A model generated the notes under the pieces. It made no database searches. It was not told where the DNA came from and worked only from the letters and a program-made list of their open reading frames with translations. Of a stretch of 64,000 nucleotides of DNA, positions 12,263 through 25,056 are shown piece by piece. The position numbers and the translations under genes were made by a program. The stretch's first letter is position 1. Each line of letters begins with the position of its first letter. The stretch comes from Scyliorhinus canicula. Taxonomy: Eukaryota. The stretch spans positions 7,379,784 through 7,443,783 of the forward strand of contig NC_052154.1 of assembly GCF_902713615.1 (NCBI RefSeq). The letters run 5' to 3'.

Positions 12263-13092
12263 CAGTCTCAGGAAAAGGACGAAGATGGGGAAGAAAAATT
12301 CCTTCAAAGGGTTGTGAATTTTTTGAATTCTCCAACCCATGGGCACTGTGGATGCTCCATCGCTGAATATATTTAATTTTGAGATGGACAGATATTTAGT
12401 CTCACAGAGAGTCAAGGGATATGAGGAGGAGGCAGGAAAGTGGTGTTGATGCACAACGTCAGCCGTGATCACATTCAGTGGCAGAGCAGACTGGTCTACT
12501 TCTCATATTCTTGTCTCTCAATCCAGCAAAACTCCAGATTTGCATCTAATCTTCCATCCGATTTTTTGAAGTGGGTGGAGGGACTCCTCGCGTCGTCTAT
12601 CCGCCTCCTAATGTCTTGTACATACCCAGCTGGCTCAGGAGAGGGATCACATGGTGTTGACCAATAAATGTGGGGCTCTGGGTGAACAGTAAGCTCCTGA
12701 TTTACTTTTAGATTGTGCTTTTTCACTTTGATCAGAATTTGTCATTGGCTCTTGTTCTGGAAGAGCCTCAATTTGAAAGTGTTTACATTTATATTCTAGC
12801 TGCATGCCACCAGCCCTCGCACTCTCTGAAGCCTCCTCCGAGACCTTGGTTCTCCTTCAATTCTGGCCTCCAGTGCATCCCGATTTCAATCGTCTGTTTA
12901 ATCCTACATCCAGGAAACCTCCTACTTAAACCTCCAACTCTTTCTCCTCCTTCCGGGCGTTCTTTGAACGCTACCACTTTGACCGACCTTTCTGCTCATC
13001 TGACCTATGTTAAGTTGCTCAGTATCAATTTTATTTTCGGATCAAGCTCCTCGGGATGTTTTATTATATCAAAGTTACTATATAAACGCAAG

Positions 13093-13760
13093 TGTGGTGT
13101 TCTTTGTGATTCCTATTATCAGGATGGATCATGGTGTTCACAAAGACCACAGAAGCTAAGTTCAATAAGAAAGCTAACATTTATTACACTACTTATTAAA
13201 GCTCGACCACTTACTCCTATAGTGAACAATGATCTAGTAATCTACATCTATACTCTACTAGCACTAGTCTCTACACTATATATAACTGTACTCTGCAGTC
13301 TCCAGCTCTCTCCCAGAAGGCAGCACGGTAGCATTGTGAATAGCACAATTGCTTCACAGCTCCAGGGTCCGGCTTGGGTCACTATCTGTGCGGAGTCTGC
13401 ACATCCTCCCCGTGTGTGCGTGGGTTTCCTCCGGGTGCTCCGGTTTCCTCCCACAGTCCAAAGATGTGCAGGTTAGGTGGACTGGCCATGATAAATTGCC
13501 CTTAGTGTCCAAAATTGCACTTAGTGTTCGGTGGGGTTACTGGGTTATGGGGATAGGGTGGAGGTGTTAACCTTGGGTGGGATGCTCTTTCCAAGAGCCG
13601 GTGCAGACTCGATGGGCCGAATGGCCTCCTTCTGCACTGTAGATTCTATGAGAAGCCTGAGAGTCAGTGCTTTATATAGTTCTGCATCTAGGTCCATCTG
13701 GTGGTCAATTATGACATTACATTAACCCTTTATAGTCTAGACATTCTATTTAATGTCACA
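13093..13760 (-). mobile_element. Solo LTR (minus orientation) interrupted by an HE1 SINE
   Basis: TG...CA; TSD GCAAG/GCAAT; antisense AATAAA at ~13180 and TATAAA at ~13672. Confidence 0.7.
13319..13650 (+). mobile_element. Full-length HE1 V-SINE with CR1/HER1-type tail
   Basis: Head, V core, tail GACTCGATGGGCCGAATGGCCTCCTTCTGCACTGTA...CTATG; AGAAG on both flanks. Confidence 0.9.
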
Positions 13761-14669
13761 GCAATTTGTTGTGCAAGGTTTCTTTTATTAATGGTGACCT
13801 CCCGAGATTAAGTGGGCACTTGAACAACTGATTCTTGTACTGGTGTCTGCCACCCAATTTGATCCAATTAAATGTAAGCTCTTCTTCTTTATTTACCCAT
13901 GGCAGACTCTCCTCATTGGCAGGTCATTTCCCAGATGTAAACAGCCCATGAAAAGGATTAGTTCATCCATGGCAATACATCCCTTCACAGGATCTCAGTT
14001 TTTCCTAATCAGGCAGTCATCCGGCCCTTATCAATGCAATTAATTCACCAAATAATGACTGTTTCATCTGGAACTGCCTGTAACCACAGTCCCGTAAGCA
14101 ACAAGCATTCAGCGTTACTTCAGGTTTGTTCATTTTATATACGCACTTGATAGAATGTGATGTACCGAGAGAGAATGTTTGAGTTTATACAAGATTACTG
14201 ATGGGCCCTCAGCTGCGATGCACCACTCGTTTTCAATTAGGTGCTTTGCAAGTGCTAAAACTGACAGACTAGGTCCTTCGTAGGAAGACCTTGTGACTCC
14301 TCCCTTGCTTTCTCATCTTTCTCTGACACTAAAGATGACGGGAGATGACAAAAGAACACAGCGTTTAGCAGGAATCATTAACCTATGACAGAAAGGGTCC
14401 AATTTCCATTGGAACCAAAATAATTGCAGAATTCATTGATGGAATGATAGTGCGTCTGAGTTCTTTATAAGTATCCTCCTGAGTTTGATAAACCAGGAGG
14501 GAGAAAGCGATAAAAGAATATGCACTTAGGGTTTCAATGGAGTACAGAAGGGGGAGGCTTGTGCAGAGCATTGCAACACCAGCACGCGCCATTTGGGCTG
14601 AATTATTTTTTTGGACGCCTGTCAAGTCAACAGACCTAATTGTCAGGGGCCAATTCTGAAACAGAAATA

Positions 14670-15006
14670 TATAAAATCGTAGAATTTACAGGGCAGAAGG
14701 AGGCCATTTGGCCCATCGAGTCTGCACTGGTCCCTGATAGGGCAGTCTATGAGCCCACACCTTCACCCTATCCTCGTAACCCAGCAACCCCACCTTGCAT
14801 TTGGTCACTCCGGGGCAATTTAGCATGACCAATCCACCGAACCTACACAGCTTGGACTGCGGGAGGAAACTGGAGCACCCGGAGGAAAGCCACGCAGACA
14901 CGGAAAGAACGTGGAGACTCCGCACAGACAGTCACCCAAGCTGGGAATCGAAGCCGGGTCCTTGGTGCTGTGAAGCAACCGTGCTAACCACTGTGCCACC
15001 GTTCCT
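14670..15006 (-). mobile_element. HE1 V-SINE
   Basis: Antisense copy of 13319-13650. Confidence 0.85.
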
Positions 15007-15140
15007 CCGTTAATGAGCAGTTAACAATCGGACTTTGGGAGCCCCTATTCAAAGGGATTCTGATGGAGAATCTCCCTCTTTGAGGGGCACCCTTGTAGTG
15101 AGATACCCTGAAGTGTCGCAGATAGTCACATGGAGCAAGA

Positions 15141-15346
15141 GGCTGGTTTAGCACACAGGGGTCTGTTTAGCACAGGGCTAAAGAGCTGGCTTTTAAAGCG
15201 GATCAAGGCAGGCCAGCAGCACGGTTCAATTCCCATACCAGCCTCCCCGAACAGGCGCCGGAATGTGGCGACTAGGGGCTTTTCACAGTAACCTCATTTG
15301 AAGCCTACTTGTGACAACAAGCGATTTTCATTTTCATTTCTTTTCA
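15141..15346 (+). mobile_element. tRNA-head SINE with (TTTCA)n tail and duplicated 5' end
   Basis: GTTTAGCACA occurs twice at the head; B-box GGTTCAATTCC. Confidence 0.8.
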
Positions 15347-16176
15347 AGATGGTGATGTGATTGTGTATCAGTGCATCCATGAACTTGGCTACTCTTCATG
15401 TCACAGTTGCTTGATCCTAATTCAGCTTGGTACTTAAGTTGAGAAGGTTAATTAAACTTTGGAGGCGGTGAACATTAAAGCTGTCATTAATCAAGAAACT
15501 GTAGATGAGGAAGCTGCAGGTTTGGAGAATGACCAATGCAGAACCCAAGGGGATTTCCGCAAAATCATTCCACTCGTAAACTCAATAAACATATTGTGCT
15601 TTAATAAAATAAAGAAGGATAAAACTGCTACTTAGTGTCTATTTATCTGGTTTGCATGTACACAGGAAGTTTTATTTTGCACTTTTCTAAATTAATTACA
15701 TTAATTTGTCAGTTGTGTTTTCTTAATGTGCAAACAATGCCAGGCTTGTAAACTATAATTTAGACTCCAGATTCTTGTGGAAAATGTGCAGCTTAGTTTT
15801 GTGTGAGGTGGGGGCGGTGGGGGTGTAATTTATTCGGATAACTTATTACTTAGCTGATCAAAACAGAGCACACAGCATGGAGTTTTACCTGGCGTCTAGA
15901 GTGGCATGGTCTAGATTGGCACATCAGTTTAATACAGAGTGAACGCTGCGCTGACTAGCCATCCGTTTGTTTAGATAAGATGGTAAATTGAGCTGCACCA
16001 ACCTGTTAAATGGCTGTGAAATAAATCCTATGAAGATGAAAAGCAAGGGAATTATCTTGATGTTTAATGTTAATATTGCAGACAGAGAGAGAGAGAGATG
16101 AAGCCTATTTCCACACGTGGAACAGCTCTGAACAAAGGGAGCAAAGGCATCACTTCAAAACTGTAGCTCAGTGATT

Positions 16177-16443
16177 AATAATAATCTTTATTGTTGTCAC
16201 AAGTAGGTTTACATTATCACAGCAATGAAGTTACTGTGAAAAGCCCCGAGTCGCCACTTTCCGGCGCCTGTTCGGGTACACAGAGGGAGAATTCAGAATT
16301 GCCAATTCACCTAACAAGCGCGTCTTTCGGGACTTGTGGGAGGAAACTGGAGCACCCGGAGGAAGCCCACGCAGTCACGAGGAGAACGTACAGACTCCGC
16401 ACAGACAGTGACCCAAGCCGGGAATCGAACCCGGGTCCCTGGG
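16177..16443 (-). mobile_element. V-SINE with (TAT)n-ending tail
   Basis: Same family as 62575-62880. Confidence 0.8.
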
Positions 16444-16539
16444 CAAGTCTGTGGCCTTTCGTTTCTCAAGAACAAAATAGGCTGAGGGGTAATGAATTAA
16501 AATAATGAATAGGTTTGATAGGGTGGACATGGGTAAGCT

Positions 16540-16646
16540 GTCTGTGTACCCAAACAGCCGCCAGAATGTGGAGTCTTCAGGCTTTTCACAGTAACTTCAT
16601 TGCAGTGTTAATGTAAGCCTACATGTGGCAATAAAGATTATTATTA
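16540..16646 (+). mobile_element. Tail-only copy of the same SINE family, inverted relative to 16177-16285
   Basis: CTGTGTACCC...AATAAAGATTATTATTAT. Confidence 0.75.
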
Positions 16647-16647
16647 T

Positions 16648-17303
16648 GCGCTGCCCGGGCTGGGGGAAGTAGCGGGGTAGGGGGGGGAATTGGGGTGTCC
16701 CACTCGGGATCGGGATGGCCTGGCACAGACCACCATTGCTGCCGTCTGTCTGTTAAACACATCCCTTTGCTGCTACTGACAGGCTCCTGGCTGCTCATAC
16801 TGCTGAATGCTGCTTCTGCCCTTTCAATGCTCAGAAGGCCTCTGGTCATCTGGAAGCTCACCCAGGCTGCCCCCCTGGACACCCTCATACTTCAGTTATT
16901 TCATTAAGGGGATGGGAGTGACCAGACTCAATCAGGGGCCCATAAGGTGTTGGCACTCCTCAGAAGCGCTGCCCCACTGCAGAGGAAGCAAGGGGTCGGC
17001 AAGACTCACCCCAGCTGGAGGGATCTGCGTGGTGACTTTTGGCGCCCTCCCTGGTTCTCTGCCCCTCGCAGGGCACAGGCCTTACCAGTGACTCCGGATT
17101 ACCAGCTGTCTCCTCCAGGTGAGGCTGACCCCAGCGGTTAGAACGCCTGCCAGGCCAAGAATTGCTTTAGATTCGCGCTGGCAGAATCCTGGCCCATTTT
17201 CACGTCCTGACCCGCTCACCAAATAGCGGCCCAACGGGAACGCAAACCTCAAGCAATTCAGTCCCGGTGGCAACACTCACCTCCCAAACGGAGAATCCTG
17301 CCC
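16648..17303. mobile_element. Harbinger-like MITE remnant
   Basis: GC-rich; ends GGAGAATCCTGCCC. Confidence 0.5.
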
Positions 17304-19555
17304 ATGGAACAGGGAGTTGAGGGAGGAGAAGATTACTTGCCTTTCTTTCTGAACTTTGCACCCTGCGGAGAAGAGGACATTCCAGGGAATGGAATGCTTT
17401 TCCAGGGTCGCACGCTCAACGTTGGGTCTTCCAGCTGACTTCCACCGGGTTGCATCTCCTGTGAGGGAGGTCTTCTGCTCACCCTTCGCAAAGCTGCACC
17501 ATTGATACTGACCAATTCTCTGGCCTCGGGCACCTTTTCATCTTCGAGCAGGCTTATTGGCTTCTGACAGAACGACCTGTTGGATTGCAGACATGGGGAA
17601 ACATTTTACTTTCTGTTGCAGGCTACAAAGTTGATTAGGAAACGATTTGACCTCATCTTCTTAGACTTTGTCTGTGCAATCCATCTTTCTGTGACCAATT
17701 CGACACTCTGTGCCAGCTGGAGGGAAATCTAACCCCAGCACCATCTATCATTACTCTAGAAATGCTAAGTGCCAGCAAACTGCAGGTGAAATTTCAGGAA
17801 AGAACCTGCATTTCTATAGTGCCGAACATGAACTCAGGACATTCCAAACTGCTTCTCAGCCAATGCAGAACATTTCTTTTCACGTGTCAGAAAAACAGCC
17901 GCAAAACTGCACTGCAACATCCCACAAACATTAACAATGGAAATGACCAGAGGGCTCTGCCTTTTGATTTGAAGTATTTTTCTGCGGCCGAGGGAACGTA
18001 CACAGTACGTACATAGTAGACAAAAGAATAATCAACAGAGAACATTGACAATTGTACATCGACAAACAGTGATTGGATACAGTGCGGAACAAGGGGCCAA
18101 ACTAAGCAAATACATGAGCAAGAGCAGCATAGGGCATCGAGAATAGTGTTCTTCCAGGGAACGGATCAGTCCCATCTATTCTATACCTGACAAACAATTG
18201 GCTGGCCAGACAGGGAATGCTGCCCCATTGTCAGCATCAAGCAGCTCCATGCAGGCTAAAGGCCGGGTAAAGGGCCCCAACGACACGTTGCACCAAACCT
18301 GGGCACAATTAGCATTGGTCAAAGTAAAAGTGACCAGGGAGCCCGTTGGATGAACAAAGAAGAATACAGCAAAGGAACAGGCCCTTCGGCCCTCCAAGCC
18401 TGTACCGGTCATGATACCAACCGTTGCCAAACACCTCAGATGATCATAAAAGTTCCCCAGGTTGGCTGGCGTCTTTACGGAAGAGAACAAGCCGGTCTTC
18501 GGCAATCTGGTGCCGTGTGTGCGAGTCCAAAACGGCACCAGGAAGGTTGATTCTTAGCTGCCCCTTGCCGTGGCCGGGCAAACGACTCAGACGCATCGGA
18601 CTCCTACAACAGATGGTTTAAGGAGAAGGTTCACCACCGCCAGCTTATGGGCAACTTGCCGTGGGGGAGTGCCAATCTTGCCAGCGATGCCCACAACCTG
18701 AGAATGAATAGGAAAAGGTTCAACAGGTTCCTGTGCCTTAATCAAGGTATTATTATCATCTGTTAGAAAGCCCATAATAATTCAGTTCTATTTCAGTACC
18801 AACGTGATTATGCTTCACTGATTTCCCTGTGAGTCTATCTTTGGAGCATTTTGTTTAAAAAAAAACTGGTAAATTTTGTTTCATAAATATTCAACTTCAA
18901 ACTGAAAATTCCTAATCACTGAAACACCTCGGCAACTCTACGCTGCCTGAATCCACAATTCACAAACATTTACACATAAATGAAAGCGAAGAAAAAGCCT
19001 TTCTGCTTGATGCACAATCTGCTTTAGAAAATCGCCTCTGGCTTAGATAGTTTGAGTGCGACATAAATAACGGATTATTAAAAGGTAAATAGAGACCATG
19101 GGGACACAGAGCACCGACAACAGAGAACTTGTTGCACAGAACACGGTTATTCAGACCCGACTGGTTAATGCCACAAGCCTAATCTGACACTGATAGCCTG
19201 TTCCCTCTCTGTCCATGCACCCATATCCCACATTCCCTCCTACCTCACAGAAGTATCAATCCGCCCTCGAAATCTATCAATGCTCCTTGCTTCAATACCA
19301 CTCTGACTGACAGTGAATTTTGTATCCTCACTCCTTGAATTTTTGATATTTTTATTTGATTATTTAGCATCCCGACGGGAGCTAATCAGGCAGATTCAAC
19401 AGGGTTTTGTGAAAGTGAATTCATGTTTAACCAACTTATTTGAGCTTTTTGAGGATGACGTGCTGTGGATAAGGGTGGATGTACTGTACTTAGATTTCCA
19501 GAAGACTTTTGATGAAGTGCGACATCAAAGATTTTTATGGAAAATAAAAGATCAT

Positions 19556-19925
19556 GGGCTGGATTCTCCATTCCGGAGAATAAGTATTGATGCCAGCGTG
19601 GAATGTGTCGATTTTCACAACAGGAAATGTGGCGCCAACCCTCACCGATTCCGGTACTGGTGAGGGACTAGCACCGACCCCGACTGAAACACCCGCCGGC
19701 CGCTCCAAAAACAGCCCAAGAATGGCCGGGTTTCGGCCGCACATGCTCACGGCTAACGGCCTGCACTGATCATGCTGTACAACATGTACAACCTAACCCG
19801 CCGACTGTGACCCCACACCCACAGCACCCCCCTGACCATCCCCTGGCCATCCTCCACCAGTCCCCCCAGCCATAGCAGATGCCCACGGCACGGATCCCGG
19901 CCGAGTGTGGCGGCGCTGGACACAG
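19556..19925. mobile_element. Harbinger-like MITE, left part
   Basis: Starts GGGCTGGATTCTCC; related to 183-700. Confidence 0.6.
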
Positions 19926-20062
19926 GATCATGACTGTTTACAATTTATATTAGTGACTTAGATGAAGGGATTGAAACGATGGTGGCCAAATTTGGCGATG
20001 ACACAAAGATAGGTAGGAAGGTAAGTTGTGAAGAGGACGTAAGGAAACTATGAAAAATATAG

Positions 20063-20320
20063 GGTGGGATTTTCCAGCTCCCCCTCCCCCCCCACCGGCA
20101 GTGGAGGAGGCTCACCACTGACTACCGGTGAGATCTTCCAGTCCTGACTCGGGGCTTTTCGCAGTAACTTCATTTGAAGCTTACTTGTGACAATAAGCAG
20201 TTTTCATTTCATTTCATTTTGTTGGCGTTTGACGTGGTTTGCCCGTCTCACCGCCAGAGGAGATCGCCTTGGGTGGGACTAGAAGATCTGCCAATGGGAA
20301 TTGGCAAGAAAATCCTGCCC
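20063..20320. mobile_element. Short Harbinger-like MITE with a SINE tail at ~20150-20220
   Basis: Inverted termini GGGTGGGATTTTC...GAAAATCCTGCCC. Confidence 0.65.
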
Positions 20321-20589
20321 ATGGAGAGGTTAAGTGAGACGATGAATACCTAGTAAATGGAGTATGATGTGAGATTGTCCATTTTGGCAGGGAAGATAAA
20401 AATGAAGCATATTATCTAAATGATGAGCGAATGCAGAGTTCTGAGGTGCAAAGGAATTTGAACATCCAAGTGCATGAATCTCAGGAGGCCATTATGAAGG
20501 TACCGCAAGTAATTGGAAAGCTAATATAATGTTTTAATTTACTGTGAGAGAAATTGATGACAAAAATAGAGAGGTTATGCTTCAATAGT

Positions 20590-21596
20590 CACAGACAGTT
20601 GGTTTACAGGTGCAGCAGGTGATTAAGAAGGCAAATGGAATTTTGTCCTTCATTGCTAGAGGGATGGAGTTTAAGACTAGGGAGGTTATGTTGCAATTGT
20701 ATAAGGTGTTAGTGTGGCCACACCAGGAGTATTGTGTTCAGTTTTGGTCTCCTTACTTGAGAAAGGACATACTTGCACTGGAGTGTGTGCAGAGGAGATT
20801 CACTAGGTTAATCCCAGAGCTGAAGGGGTTGGATTATGAGGAGAGGTTGAGTAGACTGGGACTGTACTCATTGGAATTTAGAAGGATGAGGGGGGATCTT
20901 ATAGAAACATTTAAAATTATGAAGGGTATAGATAGGATAGATGCGGGCAGGTTGTTTCCACTGGCGGGTGAAAGCAGAACTAGGGGACATAGCCTCAAAA
21001 TAAGAGGAAGTAGACTTAGGACTGAGTTTAGGAGGAACTTCTTCACCCAAAGGGTTGTGAACCTATGGAATTCCTTGCCCAGTGAAGCAGTTGAGGCTCC
21101 TTCATTACATGTGTGGTGAATGTGATTCACACCAGATTATAACCTATATATACATGTGTCTATATTGTACGTGCAGTTGCACTATCTGACCTCCAGGGGA
21201 GTAGCTCTGGGAATGCTTGAGAGTTGTACGGGGCTTCTCCCTTGGCTCCACCCAGGACTCCTCCCCCGGGAGCTGCTGTATAAAGATCAGTGCCACAGGG
21301 TCAGCCGGCCAGTTCACCGAAAGTTCAACGGCTAACAGGCTGGCTCTGTTGTAAGTATATTAAAACCGCTATTCTAACCCTACAAGCACGTGTCCGTAGA
21401 ATTGTTGGTTCCAACAACATGTTGTTAAGGTAAAGATAGATAGTTTTTTGAAGAATAAAGGGATTAAGGGTTATGGTGTTCAGGCCGGAAAGTGGAGCTG
21501 AGTCCACAAAAGATCAGCCATGATCTCATTGAATGGCGGAGCAGGCTCGAGGGGGCAGATGGCCGACTCCAGTTCCTAGTTCTTATGTTCTTATGT
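20590..21596 (+). mobile_element. Younger 5'-truncated CR1 inserted in the old CR1
   Basis: Open 169-aa ORF2 C-terminus (20610-21119); tail (TTCTTATG)n. Confidence 0.9.
21112..21416 (+). mobile_element. 305-bp solo LTR
   Basis: TGTGGTGA...CCAACA; perfect TSD ACATG (21107-21111 / 21417-21421); TATAAA at ~21279; ATTAAA at ~21359. Confidence 0.9.
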
Positions 21597-21908
21597 AATT
21601 GATCAGAGCAGCAGTGAGACCCCATTTGGAGTTCTGGGCACAGTATTGGTCTCCTTATTTAAGGAAGGATGTCAATACGTTGGAAGCAGTTCAGAGAATG
21701 TTGACTGGACTAATACCAGGAATGGGTGAGTTGTCTTCTGAGAAAAGGTTGGACAGACTCGGCTTGTTTCCGCTGGAATGTAGAAGAGTAAGAGGTGACT
21801 CAGTTGAAACCTATAAGATCCTCAGTGGTATTGGCAGGGTAGATGTGAAGCGGATGATTCCTCTTGCAGGAGAATCTAGAACGAGGGATCGGTGTTTAAC
21901 AATAAGGG

Positions 21909-22307
21909 CAGTAAGAAGTCTTACAACACCAGGTTAAAGTCCAACAGGTTTGTTTCAAACACGAGCTTTCGGAGCACGGCTCCTTCTTCAGGTGAATGGA
22001 AAGGCTTGTTCCAGAAATGTTTATATAGACACAGTCAGAGATGCCCCGGAATGCGAGCACCTGCAGGCAATCAAATCATCAAAGATGCATTGCATCTTTG
22101 ATGATTTGATTGCCTGCAGGTGCTCGCATTCCGGGGCATCTCTGACTGTGTCTATATAAACATTTCTGGAACAAGCCTTTCCATTCACCTGAAGAAGGAG
22201 CCGTGCTCCGAAAGCTCGTGTTTGAAACAAACCTGTTGGACTTTAACCTGGTGTTGTAAGACTTCTTACTGTGCTCACCCCAGTCCAACGCCGGCATCTC
22301 CACATCA
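21909..22307 (+). mobile_element. PLE (family P1) insertion forming a perfect 363-bp palindrome
   Basis: Arms 21909-22089 and 22091-22271; 12-bp TSD TAACAATAAGGG (21897-21908 / 22308-22319). Confidence 0.9.
22178..22226 (+). ncRNA. Minimal type I hammerhead ribozyme motif (mirror copy at 21954-22002, minus strand)
   Basis: CTGAAGA (22189) - GGAGC/GCTCC stem II - GAAA (22210) - GCTC; CAC/GTG stem I. Confidence 0.65.
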
Positions 22308-23039
22308 TAACAATAAGGGGGCACCTATTCAAACGGAGATGAGGCAGAATGTTTTCACTCAGAGGGTCGGGGGTCTTTGGACGTCTCTTCCTGAAAAAGT
22401 GGTGGAGGCAGAGTCTTTGAGTATTTTTAAGGCAGGGGTGGATAGATTCTTGGAAAATGAAGGTTAGGTTATCGGAAGGGGAGGAGGGTTGCAGATTTGA
22501 GGCTACTATCGAATCAGACACGATCTTATTAAATGGCAGAGCGCGCACAAGGGGTTGAATGGCCAACTCCTGCTCCTTCTTATATTTGAATGAAGGTTCA
22601 TCACAATTCTCTCCTAATTATTAAAGGCATTGTTGACAGACTCCCTAGCCAGAACAAGCAGGTGTATCCTTCAAGTCAATCTCGGCTGCTCAGGGTGATG
22701 ATGAATCATGCTCGACTTGCAATGTTAACTGCTTCCCCCTCTACAAAGGCTGCCAGACATGCCGGACCTTTCCAGAATTTTCTGTTTTCAGTTCGGCGGT
22801 GATGTCAGGGAACGCTTTCTTACACAAAGAGTAATGGAAATCTGGAACTCGCTCCTCAAAATAAAATGTTGAGGCTAGGGACACGTTGAAAACGTCAAAA
22901 CTGATTTTGTTGGGGAAGAATATTTAGTGCAATGGAACACAGGTGGACAAACTGAGTTCAGGATACACATCAGCAAAAATTCAATTGAATCGCGGCTCAG
23001 GCTTGAGTGCCTGAGTAGCTGTTCCCGGTTCCTTCTAAG

Positions 23040-23285
23040 GCTTGCTTTTATATAGTCTTGCTCATGAACAGCACCTTTTCCAACCTCACGGCATCTCAAG
23101 ACTTCTTTATCGCATATTAAGATTTTTTTAGAAGTGTAGTCTGTTATAATGGAAGAAACACAGAAATCAATTTGCACATAGCAAGCTCCCACAAGCAGCA
23201 GTCTCATGATTACCAGGGATACTGGTTGAGGCAAATACACCAGGACACGAGGAAGAACTCCTGTGATGTTCTTCGATTAATCAAG
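23040..23285 (-). mobile_element. Deu-type SINE fragment
   Basis: Antisense ...GAGTTCTTCCTCGTGTCCTGG...CCTCAACCA... Deu-domain-like text plus tail. Confidence 0.5.
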
Positions 23286-23702
23286 TGGGCTGCTTTATCG
23301 TGAGTGGTGTTGAGCTTCTGGGGTGATGGTTAGGGATGCTTTGACTTCATCCCCCTGGGTTAAGGTGGAGAAGAATCACCCAACGTTCCTATTGCCAACA
23401 TGACAGAAAGTGAATGCACAGCAGTAAAAAGCAATAAATTCAAGCTGTGAGGAAATAGCCCATCACGGCTCACAAAGCAACGACAGTTGAAGGTTATTTA
23501 CAGGGCCTCACATTTTCTAACCAGCCAGGATCAGGACGGGAAGGTTAATAATGGTGGTGAGTCTCTGTCTTTAAATTCACTCAGAGTGTCAAATAAAATC
23601 ACAAAAGGAAAAGAGATAAAAGGCACCCAGTCACAAAAGGTGCAGTGATATCACATTGCTGATGTTAGATCTGATGAGTGTCTTTTAATTTCTCTTTGCA
23701 AG

Positions 23703-23925
23703 GGGGCGGCACGGTGGCACAGTGATTAGCACAGCGCCAGGGACCCGGGTTTGATTCTGACCTTGGGTGACTCAGTGTGGAGTTTGTACATTCTCCCCGT
23801 GTCTGCGTGGGATTCCTCCGGGTGCTCTGGTTTCCGCCAACCGTCCGAAGATACGCAGGTTAGGTGTAAATTGACACTTTGTGTCCAAAGGCTGGGTGGG
23901 GTTACGGAGGAAGGGTGGGCAGGCC
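23703..23925 (+). mobile_element. HE1 V-SINE (3' end degraded)
   Basis: Head and V core. Confidence 0.8.
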
Positions 23926-24307
23926 TAGTTGGGGGGGGGGGGTGGTGAGGGGTTGGATGTGGTGGTTGTGGGGTGCGGTAGGGGGTGGAGTGGGTGGTGG
24001 AGGGTAGAAGGTAAATCAATCTCAGTTTTGCATGTTCTGGATTCTGTCTGCCTTGACGTTCAAATGTCACCTTGTTATACACCTGGAATGAAGTTTTCAA
24101 TATCAATAGGGGATTATGATCCCTGATTTCAGGGTGAAGAGGCGGCAACTGCAAGAATGAACCTTTTCAGAGACTTCCCATGACAAAAGCTGGGTTCGAA
24201 AACAAAGGCAGTGATAAGCGAAGCTTTGTCATTGTTTAATATGCATCACCAAACGTTGAATTTTGAAGGCACACAGAATGCAATTACCACCCAAATCAAA
24301 GAGGTTT

Positions 24308-24308
<1 letters not shown>

Positions 24309-24339
<31 letters not shown>
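24309..24339. repeat. (CT)n microsatellite
   Basis: Read directly from the sequence. Confidence 0.9.
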
Positions 24340-24689
24340 ACCTGTCTATATCTGAATAAGTCATTGTAATCCTCATCTCTCCAGAACACACCGTTTACAG
24401 CAATCAATCTAACTCTCGAGCTGTCTCTGTGCCATTTGCAGCATACATATTCAGTCCTGCCTTGCTGGAGTGTTCTAACCTTGCTGTAGTTACACAGAGT
24501 CAGCTTGATGCACAGCCCGCTCTGCTTTTGTCTTATTTTTCACCCTCTTTATTCACCCCTCCTGCTCCTGATTTGGAACATGGCCGGGCAGGTTGCCAAC
24601 TCTCTGATTCCTCGCACAAGTGGCTGCTTCTTGTGGCCAAGGCTTGTCGGTCGGTGTTGCTGTGACGCGGAGTAGAGTTCACAGTGCCT

Positions 24690-24980
24690 TTCGTGCCAGG
24701 ACGTCATGGGTTTGAGTCCCATTCTGCCGACAGGATCTGACACGCCAGCGCACGGCCTAGGAAATGCTGAACTGTCAGGTGTGCAATGCTTCAGACCAGC
24801 CATTAAACAAAGCCTACTTTGTCCTGGCAGGTGCCTGTAAAGGATCCCATGGCACTATTTTGCAAGAACAGGGAAGCTCGCTCCGGAAGCCTGGCTAACA
24901 TTTGCCCGCTGAACAATATCATTAACATGAATGATCTGAGCATCAGCTCATTGTGCAAATTGTTCACTTTGCTTCACAAC
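24690..24980 (+). mobile_element. Deu-type SINE
   Basis: GTAAAGGATCCCATGGCACTATTT Deu core. Confidence 0.6.
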
Positions 24981-25056
24981 AGTGAAGACAGTGCAACAGA
25001 CATTAAAGAAATACAAACCTTTCTGAACCTTGGCAGACAGCTTTACCGGGCCATAA

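Larger units (their letters stand above)
19380..22585 (+). mobile_element. Old CR1 LINE (RT domain to 3' UTR) carrying nested insertions
   Basis: SCLTNL, YLDFQKTFDEV and KFGDDTK motifs in collinear pieces at 19380-19555, 19926-20062, 20320-20590, 21597-21908 and 22308-22585. Confidence 0.8.

Noticed and set aside
12715-13476. 253-aa ORF
   Set aside because: It has a non-ATG start, runs through a solo LTR and an HE1 SINE, and shows no coherent domain.
13248-13725. Recurrent 60-130-aa ORFs such as SLHILPVSAWVSSGCSGFLPQSKDVQVRW across the window
   Set aside because: They are translations of non-coding HE1 SINEs, not a gene family.
18698-18759. Apparent 62-nt minus-strand exon that would link the two candidate exons in phase
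   Set aside because: Its donor end lies in a LINE-type 3' tail (GCCAGCGATGCCCACAACCTGAGAATGAAT), so the phase match is probably coincidental.
20610-21119. 169-aa ORF here, plus the 196-aa (56329-56919) and 252-aa (3549-4307) ORFs, as host genes
   Set aside because: They are 5'-truncated CR1 ORF2 C-termini.
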